A stretch of 64,000 nt of DNA, taken from positions 104,656,001-104,720,000 of the forward strand of contig OZ336878.1 in the NCBI GenBank assembly GCA_965287045.1, written 5' to 3'. Made by a program: the position numbers and the translations under genes. Below the pieces are notes generated by a model that saw only the letters and a list, made by a program, of their open reading frames with translations, was not told where the DNA came from and made no database searches. Source of the stretch: Carcharhinus amblyrhynchos. Lineage: Eukaryota. This document shows positions 1 through 13,439 of this stretch, piece by piece; position 1 is the first letter of the stretch; the number at the start of each line of letters is the position of its first letter.

Positions 1-1069
1 AAGATATTGTTTATAAAGCTGTTGCTAAACTATGAAATGTATTATACTTGGACGTTTTATATTGTTCATGAAAAATGGTGTATAAAATGATGCAACTCCT
101 CTAAAGCTGTTTGAATTCTGAATCGGCTGTCAAGTTCCATTGATTGTTTGCGCAGTTGAATTGAAAATCTATGATTTACGATTGCGCTCATAATTTGCAT
201 TGATTTAAATATAGTGGTACCAAAGCCATTAGACTTCTCAGTGCACTGAAATGATTTTTCTGACCAATAATTACAAGGACAGTTGACGCAGCCGTTGACA
301 TATTCCAAAGAAGAGAAGGGATTATCAGTGGACAATAGCTCACTGGAAGACGCGGCGAGGGGGGAAGGGTGGGGGGGGGGGGGGGGGGTGGGTGCAATGA
401 GGGATCTGAGTGCGATAAGTGGGGAAGTATAAGCGGGGTGAATAGGGAAAGACAGTTAGTGGCGGGTGAATTTTATTGGTAGGTGTTGGCGGTAAATTAA
501 TTTAAATGATATGGGGGCATTTGCTTCGTGGAAAAATGCAGGTTGGAGCTGTAATTGCGGATAATTGGGGTTAATGTCGGTGTTATTTGTTCAGTGAGTT
601 TACTCTTCAAAGCCCCTGAAGCTTTCCGATGCAATAACCCCTAGTTGCGATTAGTAGCATATGCTCGCTGGAGTTAATCTGTGGGTACATGTTGTTCATT
701 TGGCCCAAGCATTCGCCAGACAACCTATCCGATCCTTCCACCGTGCAACACTATTAAACGTATCCGCTAATCCTGCGGATATCGCCTGAACTTCCCCACT
801 TCTGCAAACCGAATGTAGAGTCAAACCTACAGAGAGAAACGGAAGCATGAAGAAGTGTAAAATGGAAATCAATTTTCTACTTGCTTCTCTACTTTGACAT
901 GAAATGGTGCTCTCGGATCGATGGAGAGTCATGTAACCCCATATTTTTCTTTTCTGTTTGAACAAGATGACTTTTATTACAGGCTGCGGATTCACCGAGC
1001 TGTTAGTTTCATTTCTTTACACGGTGAAATGGAATGAAAATAACTGCTAGCGCTTTGTGGAAATTAGAT

Positions 1070-1720
1070 AGGCAAACATGGTGGCACAATTTTAAAATTG
1101 CTGCCGTACAGCGCCAAGGATGCGAGATCGATTCCCAGCTGGGGCCATTGTCTATGCACAGTCTGCACGTTCTCCCTGTGTCTGCGTGGATTTTCTTAGG
1201 TGCTGCGATTTCCTCATACAGTCCGAAAGATGAGCTGGTTAGAAGCATTGGTCATTTTGAATGCACCCTCAGTGAACCTAAGCAGGTGCTGGAGTGTGGC
1301 GACTGCGGGAGGCTTCGTTTAATGGCATTAAGGCTAGATTATTACTTGAGAAACTCAACAAATATTCTAGAGACCCTGGTGCGAATCCTGGTGGAATTTG
1401 AATTCAATAAAAGAAAATCTGGAATTAAGGATCTACTGATGGCGACGTAACCATTGTCGATTGTCGAACGAAAAAAAGCATCTGGTTCACTAATGTCTAT
1501 TAGGGAAGGAAATTTTCCGTCCTTATCCCGCTGGCCTATATGTTACTCCAGCAATGTGGTTGTCTCTTAGTTGCCAACCAAAGTCAACTGAGGATGGACA
1601 GCAAATACTGGTCACCAAAGTCGGTTATATCCCATGGATAAATATAAAAAAGGGGATATTTATAATAACTTAATTGCTGTGTCAGTGTAAACCGACTTAT
1701 GATACCAATAAATCAGTTAT
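1070..1720 (+). mobile_element. tRNA-derived V-SINE (HE1-related), split by a second SINE
   Basis: Degenerate tRNA-like head (ggtggcacaa...gatcgattcc) and V-domain gtctgcacgttctccctgtgtctgcgtgg; tail resumes at about 1651 (aggggat...ccaataaa). Confidence 0.75.
1307..1651 (+). mobile_element. tRNA-head SINE sharing head/core and 3' tail with the LINE at 20978-24780
   Basis: Core ctggttcactaatgtctattagggaaggaaatt matches 21160-21195; tail tcccatggataaataaaaa-like matches 24765-24780. Confidence 0.75.
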
Positions 1721-2613
1721 TAAAGTCGATTTTGCATTAATATTGCGGGAGAACTAAAACAACATGTGTTAGTTTTTTTTCTCTAAATGGGGCACTAATT
1801 TGACATTTTGACGTGGTGACTTCATCCGTAGCATTTACGTGTACCCTCATAATAACGATAGTCCTTTGACATACACATATACTTGCGGTAGAACCATTAT
1901 TAGCATCATTTCACCTAGGCTCTGTAGTGTTTCTTGAAATTTAGTCAGTTCTGAAAGGTAAGCAACATTTTTTGAGTGTTGTATTAATTTTATCCTGTCT
2001 TACACGCTGATTTTTTTTCATGTATTGCAGTAAATGAAAGCGAAAAAAACATGTAAATTGCGTGCATCATACTTACATGAATGATGGAATGATCAGCAGC
2101 ATCAGTTTCCCAGAGGGAGGCAGTGTGGGCAATTGACACGACATTACTTTCTGCTTTCCATTGAATTCAAATCATGTGATATCAGATATCTTCTATTTTA
2201 AACTCCCGGTTTGCATCCATTTGACGGGATGAGTCCATCTTCAACAATACTGAACAAATTAATATAATTCAGCCTGCTTGATTGGCAGCTCGCTCTTGCA
2301 AACTCACTTCCTCCAACATTTGTTCTTACAGGAACTTGCACATTGAAAAGATGTATGGCAATAATTTCTATCTGTTCTTTCCAGAGCAATTTGAAAACAA
2401 ATACATTTATCGTAAGTAGTAGAAGGACGACATGCACTTCGGAAATCAACTGCGTGCACGCTCACATGACATCCTGACTTAGAATTATACGCTTGATGTT
2501 TGGAAAAGTATTCCTTCAGCAGGTTCTGAATATTAAATGTGATGGCCAAGAATGATGTGAAATCGAAAGGGAAATTAAATGATTACTGCCACATAAAATA
2601 AATCTCCTCGTAC

Positions 2614-2640
2614 CTACGACGTTTGAGATCACTTCTAGAT
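2614..2640 (-). CDS. Candidate micro-exon (27 nt): DLEVISNVV
   Basis: cagttgttag|ATCTAGAAGTGATCTCAAACGTCGTAG|gtacga; right length and phase, weak polypyrimidine tract. Confidence 0.3.
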
Positions 2641-3084
2641 CTAACAACTGACCAGTCTTACCTCGCTGACCTGTCTGTTATATGCGATGAGGACGACTTA
2701 ATTTTCTCTCTTGGAGGGTAACGAAACTGTGGAATTATTTAAGCGAATGAAATGCTATTGGATGAGGGAGGAAATACATAAATTATTATCTCAGATCAAT
2801 CATGACGGCATGGAATGGTGGAGCTGACTTGATGGATTAGAACGTCTGCTTCTGCTCTTACGTCATTGGGTATTAGCATATGGCCTGCCGCATATTTATT
2901 GCGTGGCTCCTTACCCTAGTTGTGACAGTTGCCTCGCGTCGCAATAAAAAAGGAATATTTCAAGTATCATTCATATTTTTTAAACTCGAAGCCCAGTTTC
3001 TTAGCATCAGCGTGGTTGACTTTAGATGTTTAAACAGAACAGGACAAGGAAAAAAAATCTAACATCTCCTTTAAATGTTTACTC

Positions 3085-4456
3085 AAGTGTAAGAAAATTC
3101 AAGCATTAACAGCCGCACAGAAAAAAAAAACGTCACTGTATATAAGGATCAGGATATAAGAGACCCGGGTTGGTGCGCTTTCAGACGAGAGGGGTCGGGG
3201 TGGGGGGCGGGGTGCAGGTGGGGCAAGGGATGAGATCGGAGTTTTAAATGGTCGGTGTGCTCTTCCTACCTCCCTGTTGGCCCACAAGGTCAGTTTATAT
3301 GTGTCAGGTACCAATCATCCGAATTGGTGGGCCTCCACGCGTACAGAACTGTACCATCTCATAACCTTTGGCGCTGCAGAGACTCATAGAAATTATGTCC
3401 CCTCTCATTGGCTGGAGGCTCTCCAGACCGATTTTGCTTCTATTCTAGTCATGAATTCCGGCGCGCAATTGGTTTTGTGAATTTGAGCATGATATCGCTC
3501 ATTTAAAATTGACTTCCCTTAGGGATGGCTTGGAAAAGGTATTGCTGACCAGAGTTCTACAGGCATCTCTCGTTGCCCCGCATGGTCCAGCCACAGGATG
3601 TTCGAGTGCAGTATTGAACGAATGGCTCAACGCACAGCCTACTCTAGCAATTACGTTGCAAATATTTTCCGTTTTTTTAATGAAAGCTTCTGCAACTAAT
3701 GTGTTTCTTGATACATGTAACCTTGAACACTGGTGAATCCTATCCTTTCCTTTGAACGTAGTAGCTCCCTTGGCAGTGTAAATTGAATAAGAACACTCAA
3801 GCATTAACAACCACACATACACACAAGAAGTCACTGTATATAAGGATCAGAATGTGAGAGGCCCGGGTTAGTTTTACCTCAGTAATCCTACTATTGTAAT
3901 ATTTGAGGAATTAATGAAGTGCTTAATTCACATGAACGAGACATTAAACATTGTAGTTTCAGAGAAACAAATGCATACACATCTGTTGAACCTCTGCCTT
4001 TCCTGCATTACTGCAATGATCATGCCGTAAACACGTGTTGCCGGTTCTGATTCACTTTGGGAGGAATTGTGCAAAGTGAAATATTATTGCAAACGTTATC
4101 ATTTTTCTTTTCTTAGGTCATATTTTGCGATATGTGTCATATTTATAATTATTTTGTATTGTTGACTGAATGTCCAGTTTGCAATTCGACGGATATTGAA
4201 TTGGAACTGATTTGGCCAAAGACCGTGACTACAGGTTATAAGAGAAAATTGTATTGACTTTTATTCGCCTTCCCTTAAGTCCTCACTAAGTTTCGGTATA
4301 ACGACATAATCCCGCTATGATACGAATCGCATCTTGAACGTTGCATCTTTTATGCGCTTGATCACTCATGTGGTAACATGCAAATAACGCACAGCCTATT
4401 CTTACAATTATGTTGCAAATATTTCCCTTTTTTAATGAAAGCTTCTCCAACCAATG
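3085..4456. repeat. Diverged local direct duplication (offset about 0.7-0.76 kb)
   Basis: tcaagcattaaca...gtcactgtatataaggatcag...cccgggtt at about 3098-3170 and 3796-3869; aacgcacagccta...ttgcaaatatt...ttaatgaaagcttct at about 3629-3695 and 4386-4450. Confidence 0.75.
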
Positions 4457-4664
4457 CAGATGTCAAGTCACCGACATATACAACAGCAGTAAAATCAGGT
4501 CAAATATAAATTGCAGCTACGTTTGGTAATATTGGAACTAAAGGCAACAGAATTTAACATTAATTGTACGAATTTAAATGGCACAAATACACACCTGCGT
4601 TTTTGTTCGCTAGTCGGTTTTCTAAAATAATAGGCAGAATAATGTAAACTTAAGTATTATAATA

Positions 4665-5300
4665 TGTTCTGTTCTCAAAGGAGATGTGCGTTACTAGCGA
4701 GAACAGCATTGAATGAAAGTCTCCTGTTGCCCTGCGGAAGATGTCTCACGCGGTCTTCTTGAACGGTTGCAGTTTAAATATCACAAGAAGGCTCACTTTT
4801 CCTTTAGGGGGGTGCTGAGTGGTTATAGCTCAGTGATATTGAATGCCCGTTGATAAGTTTCTACGTTATTATTGTGTGTGACTTGGTGGACACCTTGATA
4901 TACTTCTCTGCCATTTGAGCCATTATTCACTGAGGGGGAGGATGTGGCATGTTGGGAACGGGGAATAGACTACTGCAGGGATTCTGACGATTGATTCACA
5001 ATACAGTCAATTTGCATCTGCAACAGAGCTGTTTAATGAGTAAGGCGGTAGATGCTGAGCCAATGGAATGGTAGCTTTTTTTGACTCGGATTGAGCATCT
5101 CTAGCGCTATTGGAGCTTACCACATTAAATTAAAAAAAAACCTATCCCACCAAACTATTGGTTTCTGTCTTCGAATTGGGGAGGTAGGGAAGACTTGGAT
5201 AACTGGCAGGTAAAGTATTGTTAAAGGATTCCCAAAAGGCGAAGTGCCCTTTTAGTCTCACGAGGTATGTGATTCGTCTGGTGAATCTTCTGAATGATGC
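4665..5300 (-). mobile_element. Old 3' fragment of the tRNA-headed LINE family
   Basis: Degenerate reverse complement of the 23500-23800 and 24550-24780 segments. Confidence 0.5.
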
Positions 5301-6762
5301 TTATCCTCCTGGTATGAAGGGTGGCAACCGAGCAACAAGAAGAAGGGCAAATGGCAGGCTGCATTCTCGTTTCTTGAAATTTTGTTGACGTGTGTTGCAA
5401 AAATGTTATTTGCTAGTTACAAACCCAAGTTAGGATGTTGTCTAAATTTGCTGCATTGGACGGAACGGTTACATTTTCTGAGGAGTCGGACAAAGAACTG
5501 AAAATGGTGCAGTTGCTGGCGTTGTAGCAAATATGAAGTTTCATAAGATATAAGAGATATACAATTTCACTTTCAGGAATTAAAATGGAAGATTCGTTTA
5601 AAGGCACTGGCTTGGCGCATTCATTGACAGCCCTAATTTATTTAACTTTCAATTGACTGGGGGAAGAGGGCAGCACGCTGCGGTGTCCGAATGAAGCAAG
5701 AAAAGTTTGCTCTGGGGATGTGAGTCCAGGTTGCCTGTTGTTGTGTTTTGTTGTCTCTTCCATATTAGGTACACGTAAGGAAGAGGTCAGATTAAGAGCA
5801 AGCAGCTTCGCCGCACGATTTCTGTTTCGTTAAAAACAAGTGCTACGGGGCACGCTGTGTTATCTTTCTTCCAAATTTTTTTACTTTTGGGTCAAATTTC
5901 CAGGATCCATTTCATTTTGCTTCCAATTCATTAGTTCATTGATTTACTTGCAAATTATCAACTTGTTTCTCATGAACTAGATTCATCTGTTTTGATCTGT
6001 GTAATTTAGTACGCTCATTCTGTCAGTAAATAATTGCGTATTCCAGTGCATTTTTCACTATCAACACTTCTGCATGTAAACCACAAAATTCCATGTGCAG
6101 CTTTCTTGCTTTTCTCATGGATAGGGTTTCATTGATGAAGCAACTAAGCGTGGTTTGCTTTTGGACCCTGCTCAACGGAACTTCTAAAGCAGTATACTGG
6201 GGTTGAGATGTGTGGACTTAAAGAACACAATCATGTTTATTGGCAGCTGTCCCCCAGAATTTGACTAAATAACTTGCCAAAATGTATTCCAATTTTCATT
6301 CCAAAGTTGCTACTAATCTTTTTTTTATCCACATAGCATTAGCAAATGCCTCCACATAAGGAATACAACTCACTCATTCATTCTCGAATTAGCCTGTGTT
6401 CGGATCAAGGTTTTTGTGAGATCCACATCCGACCAGTTTACAGTTATCGTCTTTCTTGAATTTTCAAGCCATTACAGTGAATGATTGAATAACGATGCTA
6501 ATTTTAATAACGTTCACAGTTTCATGAAGAAAAGGGGAGAGTAGCATATACCTAATTGGCTGTACGTTTAAAGTTACATGAATCAAACAAAATGCAATAG
6601 GGAAAATCAATGGGAAGTTATTTGTTCCTGATAATTTAATCTAATCAATACACAATAAAATCAAACATTTCTCAATAGTAAATCACACCTTATGGAAAGA
6701 AGTTCAACAAAGGACAATACACTTTCAATGCATTAAAGTTAACTTCCACTGCTTTTGCTTAC

Positions 6763-6798
6763 CTTTATCTTGCTGACTGAGAAGTGCCTTCTTCAATT
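6763..6798 (-). CDS. Micro-exon (36 nt): ELKKALLSQQDK
   Basis: ttctttctcgtgttaacag|AATTGAAGAAGGCACTTCTCAGTCAGCAAGATAAAG|gtaagc. Confidence 0.85.
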
Positions 6799-6853
6799 CT
6801 GTTAACACGAGAAAGAAGAGTTTGAAGATTAATTTGTTTCATGCTTGTCATGT

Positions 6854-8246
6854 TAAGAACATAAGAAATAGTAGCAGGAATAGGCCATTTACCACTTCGA
6901 GCCTGCCCCGCCATTCAATAAGATCATGGCTGATCTGAAGTGGATCAGTTCCACTTTCCCGCTTTCTCCCCATAACCCTTAATTCCCCCGTCTATCAAAA
7001 ACCTACCTACCCGTGATTTAAATATATTTAGCGAGGTAGCCTCCACCACTACAAGGGGCATAGCAATCCAGAGTTTCGCCACCCTTTGAGTGAAGAAGTT
7101 CCTCCTCAACTCCGGTGTAAACTGCCCCCACCCGTTATCTTGAAACTGTGCCCTCTAGCCCTGCTATCCTTTCTAAGCGGGAAGAATCTCTCTAACTATA
7201 CCCTATCCATCCCCTTCATTTTCTTATACGTCGCTATAAGATCCCCCCTCATCCTTCTAAACTGCAACGAGTACAGACCCAGTCTATTTAGTCACCCTTC
7301 ATAGTCCAACCCATTAATCTCCGGTATCAGCCCAGTGAACCTCCTCTGCACTCCCTCCAAGGCCAATATATCCTTCCGCAAGTGCGGCGACCAAAACTGC
7401 ACACAGTACCCCAGCTGCGGCTTCACCAGTACCCTGTACAGTTGCAGCAAGACCTCCCTACTTTTACATTCTATCCCCCTTGCTATAAAGGCCAGCATTC
7501 CATTCGCCTTCTTGATCACCTGCTGCACCAGCAGACCGGGTTTTTGCGACTCGTGCACAAGGACCCCCAGGTCCCTCTGCACCGTAACATGCTGCAGCTT
7601 TTCGCTTTTTAAATAATAATCCCTCGACTATTGTTTCTGCCAAAGTGGATAACGTCACACTTGCTAAAATTACACTCCATCTGCTAGGTCCTCGCCCACC
7701 CTCTCAGCCTATCCAGATCTGTCTGCAGACTTTCCACATCCTCCACGCAATTTGCTTTTCCGCTCACCTTCGTGTCATCAGCAAATCTCGTCACCGTACA
7801 CTCAACCCCCTCCTCCAGATCATCTATATAAGTGGTAAATAGCTGAGGCCCCAGCACCGATCCCTGTGGCACTCCACTAGTCATCAACCGCCAACCAGAA
7901 TAGTACCCATTGATACCAACTCTCTGCTTCTTATTCGACAACCAATCCTACATCCACGCTAACACCTTACCCCCAACTCCATGCACCCTAACCTTCTGTA
8001 GCAACCTTTTATGAGGCGCCTTATTAAACGCCTTTTTGAAATCTAAAAATGCCACTTTCACCGGTTCCCCTCTGTCTACCGCACTAGTCACATCCTCATA
8101 GAAATCCAATATATTCGTCAAACACCACTTCCCCTTAACGAATCCGTGCTGCGTCTGCTCTATCAAACCATTATTTTCAAGGTGCCTCGCTATTCCTTCT
8201 TTGATGATGGGTTCTAGCATTTTTCCAACTACAGGTGTTAAACTAA
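6854..8246 (-). mobile_element. CR1-clade LINE (HER1-like), 5'-truncated, ORF2 disrupted
   Basis: RT fragments FLDFKKAFNKAPH, SGVPQGSVLGPQLF, RFADDTK; (cttatgtt)-type tail; closely matches 62387-63785. Confidence 0.95.
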
Positions 8247-8713
8247 TCTTATTCAGAACTAGTCTTATTCCGAACTGCCAGGAATGTACAAGCAGTTTTA
8301 CAGGTATATGTCGGGACATACATCGGAAAGCAAAACTGTACAATAATAATGTTACTGCAGAAAAATATGTTTACGGATTAATAAAAAAATCTTCAAAAGT
8401 TGAATGGTGTGCTACTGATTCAATTATGCCTACAAAAAACCTCAAAAATGATTGTTAAATGATGAACAATTATATTTTGTTAAAGCATTAATGTGTTAGG
8501 AACGATCATGAAGTCATTTGACGCAGGCTTTTCGAACATGAATGAATCAAAATAAATGTATATGCAGCGGTCTTCATGGACAAAACAAATTTATATGCAG
8601 TCAGTTGCACGAAAAGTCTCCATTTTGCACCAACGAATTCATGAGTGTAGCTAACTAGTAAGATAAATGGTAAATGCATTATAAAAGTCATTAATAAAGA
8701 AATATTGGCTTAC

Positions 8714-8740
8714 CAATGTCTTTGGCAAGCAGTTGCTGTT
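8714..8740 (-). CDS. Micro-exon (27 nt): KQQLLAKDI
   Basis: gatcttgtttttcag|AACAGCAACTGCTTGCCAAAGACATTG|gtaagc. Confidence 0.85.
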
Positions 8741-9736
8741 CTGAAAAACAAGATCCCAAAAATAATTTCAAATGTTGACTGCAATCGGAATGCATTCAGT
8801 GCAATATACAATATGGTACAACGGTTCTCAGGTAAATGAGAATTTGAACTCGATGGTTACCAGCGCAGTGACGATATTGCTTATAAGAACTCGGTGGCTT
8901 CCTCTTCCTCGGACAGCATCACTTTTTTGCTCTTGCAGGCCATAAATGATACTTGAAACTAATTAGACCAAGAATGAACGTAGCCTAAGTGTTTCTGCCT
9001 TCTTCCTTATCTGTGGATTTGGGATTGGCAGTGAAAAACATACTATCATCAATGAACTTCTTACTTTCAAACTGATGTCGAGGGAAATAAATCGTCAAAG
9101 CACGCGAATTGGTGCGCTCAAATAGCAGTGATGCGTGACACCACTGAGGCGACATCCTGTTGCTGAGCGGATTGTTGTCCAAGGCTCATGTTGGGACCGA
9201 TCAAACACATAAAGACATATTATGAAGTTAGCCTCGATCCCAACTCTTTTTGACTGTCTCATGAATGTGAGCATCATTTGTTTCATTCTGAGTGGGATTT
9301 TGGGATTTTTTAAAAAACTAAAACAAACTTTATTTACCAATACAATCTATCTATAATAAAAATAATTAGCGTACATTTTTTCCAATGGTTTTACCGAAAA
9401 TTGACAAGGTATAAGTGTTAACTGTTGACTTATCCCTATTCCTTCCAATTTAATTAATGTTCCTCAGAGATAAACAGCTGTTCAAACTCAGTTATTAAAA
9501 ATGCACTAGCTTACGTGGACTGCTAGTTCTCAACTTCTTAATACCTTCTGAGAGATTCCTATATTTCTAGTAGGTGTATGAGTTCAATTTCCAAACAGAG
9601 AGAGAGAGAGTACTTGCAAAATCCAACCAGAACTGTCTGTATGTCTTCCTCCATAAGTCTAGCTTCTCCAATTAGCACGTGATACGCTCTGGCAATCAAG
9701 GTAATTAAATGCTACTCCGAAACTCCAAATAATATG

Positions 9737-11100
9737 GGGATACCGGCGTTGGACAGGGGTGGGTACATTAAAAAGTCTTACAACACCAGATTAAAGTCCA
9801 ACAGGTTTTTCTGGTATCAGGAGTGCTGCTTGTTCATCAAGTGAATGGACAGTTGGGTTCACAAACACGACATTTATAGACAGAGTCAATTGCAGAATAA
9901 TTGGTTGTCTTCACAGGTACAGACAATACGAGTGGAGTGAGGGATAATCACATGTTAATGAGGTGCGAATTGTCTCAAGGCAGGACAGTTGGTAGGACTT
10001 TCCAAGCCCAGGCCAAATGTTGGAGGTTATACGTATTGCATCATAAACACTAGGCCACCGTTGAGGCCATCCTCATGGAACATGGCTGTCAATTACTGTT
10101 TAGCGACATTGCATTGTGTGTCTTGAAGAACGCCTTGAAGAGCGCTTACCTGAAGATTGGAGGCTGAATGACCTTGACTGCTGAAGCATTCCCCGACAGG
10201 AAGAGAACACTCCTGCCTGTTGATTGTCATAAGGCGTCTGTTCATCTATTGTCACAGCATCTGTATGGTGTCACGTATGTACTCTGTCCCTGAAGACATC
10301 CCTCAGTGTATGAGGTGGACAGTGTTGTCCGAGTTGGATCGATATGTACCGTACCCGTGACAAGAACATAAGAACATAAGAAATAGGAGCAGGAGTCGGC
10401 CATCTAGCCCTTCGAGCCTATCTTGCCATTCAACAAGATCATGGCTGATCTGAAGTGGATCAGTTCCACTTTCCCGCTTTCTCCCCGTAGCCCTTAATTC
10501 CCTTGCCTATCAGAAATCTATTTACCCGTGACTGAAATATATTCAGCGAGGTAGCCTCCACCACTTCAATGGGCAGAGAATTCCAGAGACTCACCACCCT
10601 TTAAGTGAAGAAGTTCTTCCTCAACTCTGATCTTAACAGTTCCCCCCCACACTCTTATTTTGAAGTTGTGCCCTTTAGTTCTGCTATCCTTTCTAAGCGG
10701 GAAGAATCTCTCTACATCTACCCTATCGAGCCCCTTCATTATCTTATAAGATCCGCCCCCAGCCTTCTAAACTCCAACGAGTACAGACCCAGTCTATTCA
10801 ATCTCTCCTCATAGGCTAGCCCCCTCGTCTCCGGTATTAGCCTTGTGAACCTTCTCTGCACTCCATCCAAGGCCAATATATCCTTTCGCAAATGCGGCGA
10901 CCAAAACTGCCCACAGTACTCCAGTTGCGGCCTCACCAGTGCCCTGCACAGTTGCAGCAAGACCTCCTTGCTTTAATATTATATCCCCCTCGCTATGAAG
11001 GCCAACATTCCATTCGCCTTCTTGATCACCTGCTGCACCTGCAGACTGGGTTTTTGCGATGGGTGGCGTTAGCGTGATAGTGTGATGAATCGCCAATGGA
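9737..11100 (-). mobile_element. Penelope-like element, 3' part (degenerate GIY-YIG region plus terminal repeat), interrupted by CR1
   Basis: Minus-strand translation ...RQECSLPVGECFSSQGHSASNLQVSALQG... and ...HEDGLN; terminal motif caacaccagattaaagtccaacagg also at 34925-34950. Confidence 0.75.
10361..11059 (-). mobile_element. CR1-clade LINE 3' fragment inserted in the Penelope-like element
   Basis: ALVRPQLEYCGQFWSPHLRKDILALDGVQRRFTRLIP; same 3' UTR and tail as other copies. Confidence 0.95.
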
Positions 11101-11151
11101 CAGCCCAAGAAACAAACAAAACTATCTTGGTTCTGATTTAAATATACATCC

Positions 11152-11194
11152 CATTATCTAGGATTATTTACGTCATTATCTAGGATTATTTACG
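11152..11194. repeat. Tandem duplication, 22-nt period
   Basis: cattatctaggattatttacg twice, separated by 1 nt. Confidence 0.9.
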
Positions 11195-11849
11195 ATTCTA
11201 CATTCTCAGCAGTTGGGCTGCCTGCAAGAGACAAATTAGCACCAACATTATCAAAGTTTTCGTTTTAAATATTCCCTTCACAAAGATCAAGATGCAAAAT
11301 CCATGTCTTAAAGGGACAGTATCTTCACACTCATAACCAGCTTTATTTCTATTGAATATGAGCTTACGTGATGAACATTTGCCCTATGTTCCCCTCTTAT
11401 TTCCTTATCGTTTCATTTGGTAGAACATTGTTTTGATGCCGATGGATGGAGACATGGCTCCCCACTGGAATTCAGTTATTTGTATGTGTTTGGCAGGAAT
11501 ATGCTCTGAAAACGCATTGCTACCCTTTGCTGTGGGGACTGTGTTCTCGAAAATAATTACTGCTGAGATTGATAGAGTTTTGATTCATCAAGATATCAAT
11601 GTTCACAAGGAAAGTGCAGGAACTTTATACATGAGAAATTTTGAATCGGTCTTGATCCAAAGGTAAGGCAGAGCAGACTCGACGTGTTGAATGGCCGATT
11701 TCTCTTCCCATTTCTTATTATATTCCGGAAATGAAAAGCCGTCACTGATGAGCAGTGGTGAACATCAGTGAGTCTAAACAGAGTGCTTAACGTCTTGACA
11801 CATCGTATGTAAGTCATATTGCACTGTTTCCTCGTTCAAGAGGAGGTAA

Positions 11850-13422
11850 GTTGGACTATAACATTAAATGGCATGCCCTGTGTAAGATTGCATGAAACAT
11901 TTGGAATAAAATTAACCCGTTAACTGCAGACTTTTTGACAAATGAGTATGATTTAGTGGTCGTAATTGAGTCGTGATTCCAGCGAAACCAAGTTTGGAAC
12001 TTGATGTTCTTGTGTACCCTGTGTTTCGCAAGATTCAGTAGGAAGGACACAGGAGATGGTTTAGCTTTCCTTTTTCAGTGAGCGATCAGGGCTCAAGTGA
12101 AAAGCGGTACAGACACAGAAATCAAAGACGTAGAATCAGTCTTGCTTGAAAAAAAAACAGATCAAGGGAAAGGTGTCCTTGGTGACAGTAACCTGCAATT
12201 CCTCAGACAGCTGTCTCGCAGTGGCAAACAATATAACATAATAAATATTTAACATTGTAAAAAACATACTGCGATGTTATTTCCAGAAAACATTTGATAG
12301 GACACTATACAATAGTTTAACACACACCATTAGTTGACATGGGATTACGGGTAATCCATTAATTTGGGTAGAGGATTGGCTAACCAGTCATCTATCAAGC
12401 GGAGTTAGCATAAGATTTTTTCAGCATAGGAAGGAGTAACTAGAGGGATGAAAGTAGCTTCGTCCCTTCGGCTCCAATTAGTTACAATCTATTTTAACGA
12501 TTTAGACACATAAACAATATTTACTATTAACACAATACTCAGATGACAATAAAGTAACTGGAATAATGATTTGCGAAAATAACAGAAGACATTTGAAGAT
12601 TTGATATTAGCTTAAATGAATACGGCAGAATTTGCCAGTTGGGATCTAATTTTGAAGTTATCAACGTTGGTAGTAAAAATGTAAAAGTTAGTTATGTAAA
12701 TGGAGAAAATCATTGCAGTGTCCTTTAAAGAACAGTTTGCATCTTCCAGGGCAGCCATCGCAGAATCCAGTATGCAGGTGCAGCAGGAAATTGGGAAAGC
12801 AATTCGAATATTGACATTTACTCTGAAGGGATAGAGTATGGAAGTTGTGAATTGTTGCTGGTATTGTACAAAGCATTAGATAGACTTGATTACGATACTG
12901 TGTATAATTTTCGTCCCCTTACTTGAAGAGATATCAATTGCATCGGAGGCGGTACACAGAAGTTCCACAGGTGAACAGAGTGATTCCAAACATGAGGGGT
13001 TCTAATTGTGAAGCTAGAATGGACAATGTACTCGGTAGCGCTTATTAGAATAAAAAAAATCAATTTAAGACTAACAGAATGATGGGAAGGATTGATAAAT
13101 TCGACAGGGCGACACTTCCCCTTTGGGGCAACCTGGAAAAAGAGGTCATAGTTTTACTGCAAGGGTAGCAGACTTAAATAGAGATAAGCAGAAAATACGT
13201 CTGGTACAGCTTGCCAGTGTGTGGAATTCACCTACTCGAAGTGTGGTGGATGTCAGTACTTTAAGGAAGGGATGGACATATTTTCAATTCGCAGTGTTTG
13301 AAAGAGCTTTACAGGTAAGTGAAGCTGAGGCCGAGATGAGCTCAATCATGTGAGTATTAAATGGTGGAACAACCTGAGAGGTTGAGTGGCCTACTCCGGC
13401 TCTTTGTTCTTCGAATGCTTAT
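11850..13422 (+). mobile_element. Old CR1 LINE, internally deleted (endonuclease remnant, RT remnant, tail)
   Basis: Degenerate EN-like start, then RT-like gatgacaataaag and ggtacacagaagttccac segments and a cctactccggctc...cttatg tail. Confidence 0.7.
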
Positions 13423-13439
13423 GCATTTATTGTTCAATG

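Noticed and set aside
355-395. G-rich run with G-quadruplex potential and poly-Pro ORF
   Set aside because: Low-complexity tract with no supporting context.
2304-2549. Cys-rich ORF end (CHTSFQCASSCKNKCW) as a toxin-like peptide
   Set aside because: No signal peptide, ATG start or convincing acceptor in that frame.
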